A stretch of 5,327 nucleotides of DNA from Paecilomyces variotii (lineage: Eukaryota), in the NCBI GenBank assembly GCA_004022145.1, contig RCNU01000070.1. The stretch is one strand, 5' to 3'. The position numbers and the translations under genes were made by a program. Position 1 is the stretch's first letter; the number at the start of each line of letters is the position of its first letter. Shown one piece after another: positions 1 through 5,327 of the stretch. Under the pieces are notes generated by a model. That model saw nothing but the letters and a program-made list of their open reading frames with translations. It searched no databases and was not told the DNA's origin.

Positions 1-540
1 ATAGAATATTTAGCTATTAATAATTATTATTAGCTTTATTTCTATATATTTATAGTCCTTTAAGTTTAATTAAAAGAATTTAAGTTTTTCTTACTTTTAA
101 GAGGCTAAGTTATTTAAGTATAATCTTATTAATATAGTTATAGTATTATTAATAATATTCTAGTTATTATTATAATTATTACTTAAGATAAAGTAATTTC
201 TATTAAATTATATATTTTAATCTTATTATTTATTAAGCTTATAAAGAATTCTTTAATTTTACTTTATTAGCTTTATTATAGTCTTTATTATTATTTTATT
301 TAATATAGCTATTATTTTTATTATCTATATAAATAAAGTATTAATATTTATTAAATTAAAATTAACTTCTATTAATAGCTTTACCTTAATATTATTATTT
401 ATATCTTTATCTTTAATTAATAGTAATATAGTATTATATATAAGTCTTTTATTTTTTATATTACTTATTTCTCTATTTTATTATTAGCTTATTATAATAT
501 TATTTTTACCTTATTTAATTTTTATACTAAGAGATAATTA
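1..540 (-). pseudogene. Probable Ty3/gypsy-type gag relic, running off the left edge; upstream limit uncertain
   Basis: Minus strand 99 to 1 reads taa aag taa gaa aaa ctt aaa ttc ttt taa tta aac tta ... cta ata ata att att aat agc taa ata ttc tat, i.e. WKxEELGFFQPNL...PxVTxGSQTFY. This matches my recollection of the WxxEExGFFDP...GxxxxYRDV motif of fungal gypsy-type Gag. It is preceded in frame by an AAT-rich (Gly/Asn/Asp/Ser) linker and a purine-rich helical-looking segment. No pol domain is in view. Confidence 0.6.
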
Positions 541-1996
541 TCTTATATTTAAAAATTAAAAAATAGAAATTAGTTCTTAAATATAATAGCTTATTAAATT
601 ATATTTATAAGAACTTTAAGAAAATATTAAAGATATTTATAGGCTATTTAAGTATATATCTTTACTTTAAGAATAATAGCGCTATAATACTTTCTTAAGG
701 GTTAAAAAAGCCTTTATTTATATTATATATAATAATAATATCTTAAAATAGCTATAGCTTAATAAATTAATTAGCTCTTATATTACTTTCTTTCTTAATA
801 ATACTCTTTACTCTTATTATTAGAATAAGAAGATAAAATTATTAACTAATACCTTTATTACTCTATAAAAGCTATTTATAGCTTAATTTAAAATATTTTA
901 ATTAATTATTTAGTCTATAAGAAAAGAAAAAGTTCTTATTTATAGAGTAATATTATCTTTAAATATAATTAAGTTAATTATAAAATAAACTAATATTAAA
1001 ATTTCTTTTAATATTAAATAAAATAAAATAATAAAGTTAATTAAGAATAATATAATTAAAGAGAGCTAATCTCTATAGCTTAACTAGCTTACTTAAAAAG
1101 CTATAAGCTAAAAAGTACTTAATATAACTTATAAAGAGATTATAGGTAAATATTAAAAAAAAGAGTTATTAGAAAATATAAATATATAATACTATAGAAA
1201 TACTAGTATTATTTTTATTAAAATATATAGATTCTATATAAAATAATAAGATAATAATATCTTAATCTTAAAGCTTAAGAGAAATAGTTAGAAATACTTA
1301 AATTTAAGATATACTACTATCTATAACTAAGCGTAGCTATAAAAATATAAGAGATAAAAAAGTTAATTACTCTAAATTAAGGGAATATTATTATTAAATA
1401 GCTACTAAGATAGTTTAATATTATTACTATTAAATAGGCAATATAATTATAATAAAGTTATATCTATAATATTAGCGCTAATTATTAATAGAGTAAAAAT
1501 ACTTATTCTAAAATAATATATTAAGAATTAACTATAAATAGTAGACTTAATCTATTAAATAGTTAAAGATACTATTTAATAATATATTAAAACTTTATCG
1601 CTTATACTCTAGATTAAATAATAGATTAAATAATAATTATTAAAAATATAAAAAATTTAAATATTATTTAACTTACTATAAGTAACTTAAATATTTAAAT
1701 AAATAAGCTAGTTAACTAAGCTTTACTTAAAGATATCTTAATATTTCTAGATTTATTATAAAAATATTTTTATAATATTAGTCTTATAAAATATAAAAAT
1801 ATTAATTATATTAATTTAATTAATTTATAGCTTATAAGAGAATTAATAAAAGAAATATTATAACTTATAAGATAAAAAGCTAATAACTTAATTAAGAAAT
1901 AAATAAGCTTATAATATTTAAATAACTTAAGTAAAGAAAGCTATAAAGGCTAAAGGAAATAAATATTATAATATAGTAGTTAGAACTAGTAGTTTA
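1..1996 (-). mobile_element. Second RIP-degraded LTR element (probably gypsy-like), 5' portion, opposite orientation to the copia element
   Basis: Gag motif at 1-99 and the same RIP signature throughout. 541-1996 has no recognisable motif and is assigned by continuity only (long low-complexity Gag N-terminus and/or leader). Confidence 0.45.
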
Positions 1997-2260
1997 TAAA
2001 AAAAATATATAAGGAATTCTTTTATAAGAAAGTTTAAAATAATTATATATATAGTTATAGAGAATAATTAGCCTAATAAAAAAGTTCTTATATTAAGTAT
2101 ATTAGCTTAAAAGAAGAATTTAATTAACTTAATATAATTAATTAATTATAATATAAAGATATATTAATATTAGTTTTACCCCTTATATTTTATCTTTATC
2201 TTAAATTATATTTTTTTTTAAAGCTAGTATAAAAGTTATTTTTATTTTTTATTTTTTTTA
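1997..2260 (+). repeat. Candidate 5' LTR of the copia element (about 264 bp)
   Basis: The right end is inferred from TA (RIP form of CA) at 2259-2260, 3 nt before the PBS. The left end is inferred from an 11-bp inverted terminus: taaaaaaaata 1997-2007 versus tatttttttta 2250-2260, with TA as the RIP form of TG. The match is low complexity, so alternative starts at 2010 or 2025 are possible. The second LTR is outside the window. Confidence 0.45.
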
Positions 2261-2263
2261 ACT

Positions 2264-2275
2264 AGTTATAAGCTT
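2264..2275 (+). promoter_or_regulatory. Primer binding site relic (half tRNA-iMet type)
   Basis: agttataagctt differs from GGTTATGAGCCC only by two G>A and two C>T changes. It resembles the Drosophila copia PBS GGTTATGGGCCC and lies about 250 nt upstream of the gag start. Confidence 0.75.
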
Positions 2276-2450
2276 AAGTTAATAAGAATTTAAAAAAATA
2301 AATACTTAAGTAATATAAAACTCTTTATTAAGATTATAAGATTTAAAATAATAGCTATTAAATACTTTTATAAAAGAGATATTATAATAAAATTACTTTA
2401 ATACTTATTTTATAAATATTAAATTTAATAAGTATTAGAATTTATTAATA

Positions 2451-2514
2451 GTTAAAGAATTAATTAAATTATTCTATATATAGTTAGAGAATTAACTAAA
2501 TTATTTTATATATA
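2451..2514 (+). repeat. 32-bp tandem duplication in the copia 5' leader
   Basis: gttaaagaattaattaaattattctatatata (2451-2482) versus gttagagaattaactaaattattttatatata (2483-2514). 29/32 identical, and all three mismatches are transitions. Confidence 0.9.
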
Positions 2515-3144
2515 GATAAGAATATCTCTTATTAATAACTCTAATAATTAAAAAGAGAAATTAATTCTTATTCTTTTTAAAGAAAATTATAAAAAATAGT
2601 TTATTTATATAAAAAAATAGCTTATTAATAAGAACTATTAAAATATTATAAAATATTAATAATAAGATAGTAATTTATTATAAAAGAAAAATAATATAAT
2701 AATATAATATTAAATTATAAAATACTTATTTAAAGATAATTAAAATAAATATATTAAAGATATTATTACTAAAGTATTATAGAATTATCTTAAGAGATAA
2801 TATAAAAAGACTTAGCTTACTTAATAATACTAACTTATTTAATTACTTATTAATTTTAAAATAATACTTAAATAAACTATTATTAATATATAGAGATAAT
2901 TATAATAAATAAGAAAGAAAATAGTAACTTATAATAATATTATATCTTTTTTAGCTAAACTTAAAGTTAAGATTTAATACTTACTCTTTAATTTATTTAG
3001 TAAATATATTATTATTAGAATAATAATTAATATTTAAAAATATTTAGAAATAAAAGATATTTTAGCTATTTTTAAGGAAATAAAAGCTAAATTCTAAGCT
3101 TCTCTATTAAGCGCATTTTATATAAAAAATAAAAACTTATTAAA

Positions 3145-3186
3145 TACTATATATATAAGAAAAACTATTTTATTAAAGACTATTTA
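3145..3186 (+). other. Gag zinc knuckle relic, CX2CX3HX4C
   Basis: tac tat ata tat aag aaa aac tat ttt att aaa gac tat tta reads as C-Y-I-C-x-x-N-H-F-I-K-D-C-P. Tyr codons (TAY, derivable from TGY or CAY) occupy all four ligand positions. Confidence 0.75.
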
Positions 3187-3485
3187 TAATTATTTATAAT
3201 TTAATAAGCTACTTAAAATATTTAAAGATAAAGAAAAAAATTTTTTAAGAGCTTATTTTTATTTATAAATTAAAAACTAGTAAAAATAATAGCTAAGCTA
3301 TTTTAAGAAATTTAATTCTTAAAAAAGAAAAGATTTTTTAAAAAAAATAAAAGGCTTATAAAATAAAGAAAATCTTTAATATTAAGTTATTATATTTAAA
3401 GCCTAATTTAATTATACTAGATAATTAAGTTTTTTATAAGATTATTTATATATTAAAAAATATAACTGATAAGAATTTACTCTAA

Positions 3486-3716
3486 TAATATATTAATAGT
3501 AATATTAGTTTATATATAATTAATAAGACCTATTATTTTAAAAGACTATTAATAAAGATTAAGAGAAAGTATATTTAAGTAAGAGAAGAAATTTTATATA
3601 TAAAATATATAGATACTACTATACTAGATAAATAAAATAAAAAAATTATATATTTAAAAAATATATTATTTATTTTAAAGCTTAGAGTAAATCTATTATT
3701 AACTAAGAAACTCTAC
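3486..3716 (+). other. Copia aspartic protease (Pol_BBD-type) domain relic
   Basis: 3486-3524 taa tat att aat agt aat att agt tta tat ata att aat reads as WYIDSGASSHMTD. 3654-3716 reads as LENVLFVPKLGVNLLSAKKLC. Same frame (+3). Confidence 0.88.
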
Positions 3717-4040
3717 TAGTAATTTAACTTATATAATTATCTTAATACTAGTTTAATATCTATATTAAATAGATTTAATAATATTATAATTTAAGATATA
3801 TTTAAATATAAAGTTTATATTATAAAGAAAATCTTTTTAAACTTAATATTAAAGCTATATACTATTATATATAGCTAGCTTATATATAAGAAAGATTAAG
3901 CCTATTATACTATAGTTACTTTTTAAAATAATTTTAAAAAAGCCTTTTCTAGAATTAATAATAATAATTATAAGTTAAAATATCTTAATAAACTCTCTTA
4001 TAAAAGAAATATAAAAGATTAAATTTAAGAGAAATATTAG

Positions 4041-4154
4041 CTTTAATATAAGTAAATTAATTATCTTAAATTTAAAAAGATTAAAAGCTTATATAAAATA
4101 ATTATATTAAAGAAACTAATTAAAGTTATTAATAATTATTAGTATATAACTTAT
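4041..4154 (+). other. GAG-pre-integrase / HHCC zinc-binding domain relic
   Basis: 4041-4070 ctt taa tat aag taa att aat tat ctt aaa reads as LWHKRxxHLG. This is followed by SLHKVTTLKKPIKV-like text and 4143-4154 tat ata act tat, read as CxxC. Confidence 0.85.
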
Positions 4155-4208
4155 ATTATAATTAATATTAAAAATAAAAAAGATATAATAAATAAGTAAA
4201 AGAAAGAT

Positions 4209-4640
4209 ATTTTAAAATTAATCTATATAAATATATATAATTAGATATTAGAATTAAAAGATAAATATATTTACTTCTTAACTATTATAAATAATTATTT
4301 GCAGAAAATATAAATATCTTTAATAAAAGCTAAATTTAATATTAGCTCTATCTTAAATAAATAAAAAAGAGAAGTTAAAACTATTATTAATCTTAAAATA
4401 CTTAATATTTAATTAAATAATATATTAGAACTTAAGAATATTTTTAAGATATAGAGAAAGAATTTTAATATTTATTATAAATTAATAGTTCTATATATAT
4501 TAATTTAAAATAAAGTAATTAAAAGAGTATATTAAACTATTAAGAGAAGAACCTATATTATATTTAAAGATATTAATCTTTTAATTAAGCTATAGATAAA
4601 AACTACTTAAACTAATATATATATTAAAAATAAAGTATTA
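4209..4640 (+). other. Integrase catalytic core (rve) relic
   Basis: LELIHIDICG (D codon 4230), YFLTIVDDYSR (4272-4304), IRSDNAPEL (D codon 4416) and TVPYTSxQNGVAER (E codon 4521), then LPxELWxEAA..Y.KNR. All are in frame +3 and restorable by transitions. Confidence 0.92.
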
Positions 4641-4709
4641 AATAGACTAATAGTTAATAGAGTATAGATAATTCTTAAGAAGATATTTATTAAGGTAAAA
4701 TTATTTATT

Positions 4710-4913
4710 AATTACTTAAGAGTATAAAGATATTAAGTAATATTATATATAAACCTTAATTTACTACTGCTAAAAATATAAAAAGATAAGTTAATAAACT
4801 ATAGATATTTATATATATTTATTAAATATATTAAAGATATAAATAAATAATAGAAAGTTAAAGTACTTAGTATAAAAAAGATTATTAAAACTTATTAAGC
4901 TAAGTTCTTTAAA
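4710..4913 (+). other. Copia integrase C-terminal SH3-like domain relic
   Basis: 4710-4733 reads as DHLRVWGC, followed by KDKL, 4818-4829 FIGY and 4905-4913 FFE. Confidence 0.82.
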
Positions 4914-5174
4914 AATAAATAAGAAGAAAATATTAATCTTTATATTCTATAAAGAACTATATTAAATATAGCTTTAATAAGAAATTTAAAAGGGTAATTA
5001 ACTATATAAATTAATATACTACTAGCTTAATAATTTAATTAATTAAGATTTTATAGGTTTAAACTTATAAAATTATCTAATAAATTAAAATTATAAGATA
5101 TTAATATTAATAACTAAGTACTAAATAATAAAAGGTAGAGATTTTATATATTTATATTTCTTAGACTTTTCTAG

Positions 5175-5268
5175 AATTAAAAGAAGATTATAAAAGGCTT
5201 CTTTAAAAATATTAATAATTAAATATTAAAAAATTAAAAGGTAAAGATTATAGAAGATTTCTTTAAAA
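5175..5268 (+). repeat. Imperfect in-frame direct repeat in the IN-RT linker
   Basis: aattaaaag---aagattataaaaggcttctttaaaa (5175-5208) versus aattaaaaggtaaagattatagaagatttctttaaaa (5232-5268). Differences are one 3-nt indel and three transitions. Confidence 0.75.
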
Positions 5269-5327
5269 TAATCTTAGAAGATAATTATAAGAATATATTT
5301 ATTTAGATTATATATAAGAGACTATAC

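Larger units (their letters stand above)
1..5327. other. RIP-degraded, AT-rich transposon block typical of filamentous ascomycete heterochromatin
   Basis: Seen: CA found only at about 1439, 3114 and 4302; TG only at about 3467, 4300 and 4768; about five CG. Most surviving G/C sits in AG, CT or AGCT contexts, and TAA/TAG stops occur in all frames. Known: RIP converts CpA to TpA (TpG to TpA on the other strand) in repeats. Conserved retroelement motifs are restored using transitions only. Confidence 0.95.
1997..5327 (+). mobile_element. Ty1/copia LTR retrotransposon, 5' part, RIP-inactivated, continuing past the window end
   Basis: Order is PBS (2264), gag (2522), zinc knuckle (3145), protease (3486), GAG-pre-integrase (4041), integrase core (4209), SH3-like domain (4710). 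Integrase directly after protease with no RT between them is diagnostic of copia. The left boundary is less certain than the classification. Confidence 0.93.
2522..5327 (+). pseudogene. Copia gag-pol polyprotein pseudogene with many RIP stops and two 1-nt frame shifts
   Basis: Frame +2 from ata (inferred ATG) at 2522 gives de-RIP gag-like text such as IPILSKENHEKWF, CLSEDDQ, AKALWDYLKRRY and LPSEY. Frame +1 (about 3130-3345) carries the zinc knuckle. Frame +3 runs from about 3345 to the end and carries PR and IN without a further recognisable shift. De-RIP residues are inferred. Confidence 0.88.

Noticed and set aside
1471..1482. Palindrome attagcgctaat
   Set aside because: Short, and AGCGCT/AGCT cores are simply RIP-resistant leftovers.
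1553..1581. 11-bp stem hairpin (tattaaatagt / actatttaata)
   Set aside because: Weak AT-rich stem with no functional context; plausible by chance.
1754..1777. 24-bp perfect palindrome tattataaaaatatttttataata
   Set aside because: It contains only A and T in a nearly two-letter, TpA-enriched sequence, where such palindromes arise readily by chance.
2140..2165. TATA box in the candidate LTR
   Set aside because: TATA-like words occur throughout after RIP, so this one cannot be distinguished from background.
2451..2514. CRISPR-like repeat
   Set aside because: Only two adjacent copies with no spacer, in a eukaryotic retrotransposon context.
2522..5327. Functional gene in an alternative genetic code (TAA/TAG read-through)
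   Set aside because: In-frame stops fall at conserved Trp, Arg and Gln positions alike, and catalytic Asp/Glu/Cys/His codons are also changed. RIP explains this, and a single codon reassignment does not.
1..5327. Organelle, endosymbiont or Plasmodium-like AT-rich DNA
   Set aside because: No intact ORF, tRNA or rRNA was seen, and the specific loss of CA/TG (so essentially no ATG) is not a property of those genomes.
4914..5327. Reverse transcriptase start
   Set aside because: No RIP-compatible RT motifs were recognised. The region reads as low-complexity linker.

Overview
This window is very AT-rich (roughly 10-15% GC by eye). CpA/TpG is almost absent (I found about six in 5.3 kb), CpG is nearly as rare, and TpA is in large excess. 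That is the signature of fungal repeat-induced point mutation (RIP). No intact gene is present. Reversing only C>T and G>A changes recovers two dead LTR retrotransposons that point away from each other. (1) A Ty1/copia element lies on the + strand from about 1997 to the window end. It has a candidate 5' LTR, a GGTTATGAGCCC-type primer binding site, a leader with a 32-bp tandem repeat, gag with a zinc knuckle, protease, GAG-pre-integrase/HHCC, integrase core, an SH3-like domain and the start of the IN-RT linker. RT and RNase H should lie beyond the window. (2) A probable Ty3/gypsy-type gag lies on the - strand and runs off the left edge. I see no support for a previously undescribed biological system. 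The interest lies in the reconstructable fossil, its variant motifs, the nesting junction and the mutational history.
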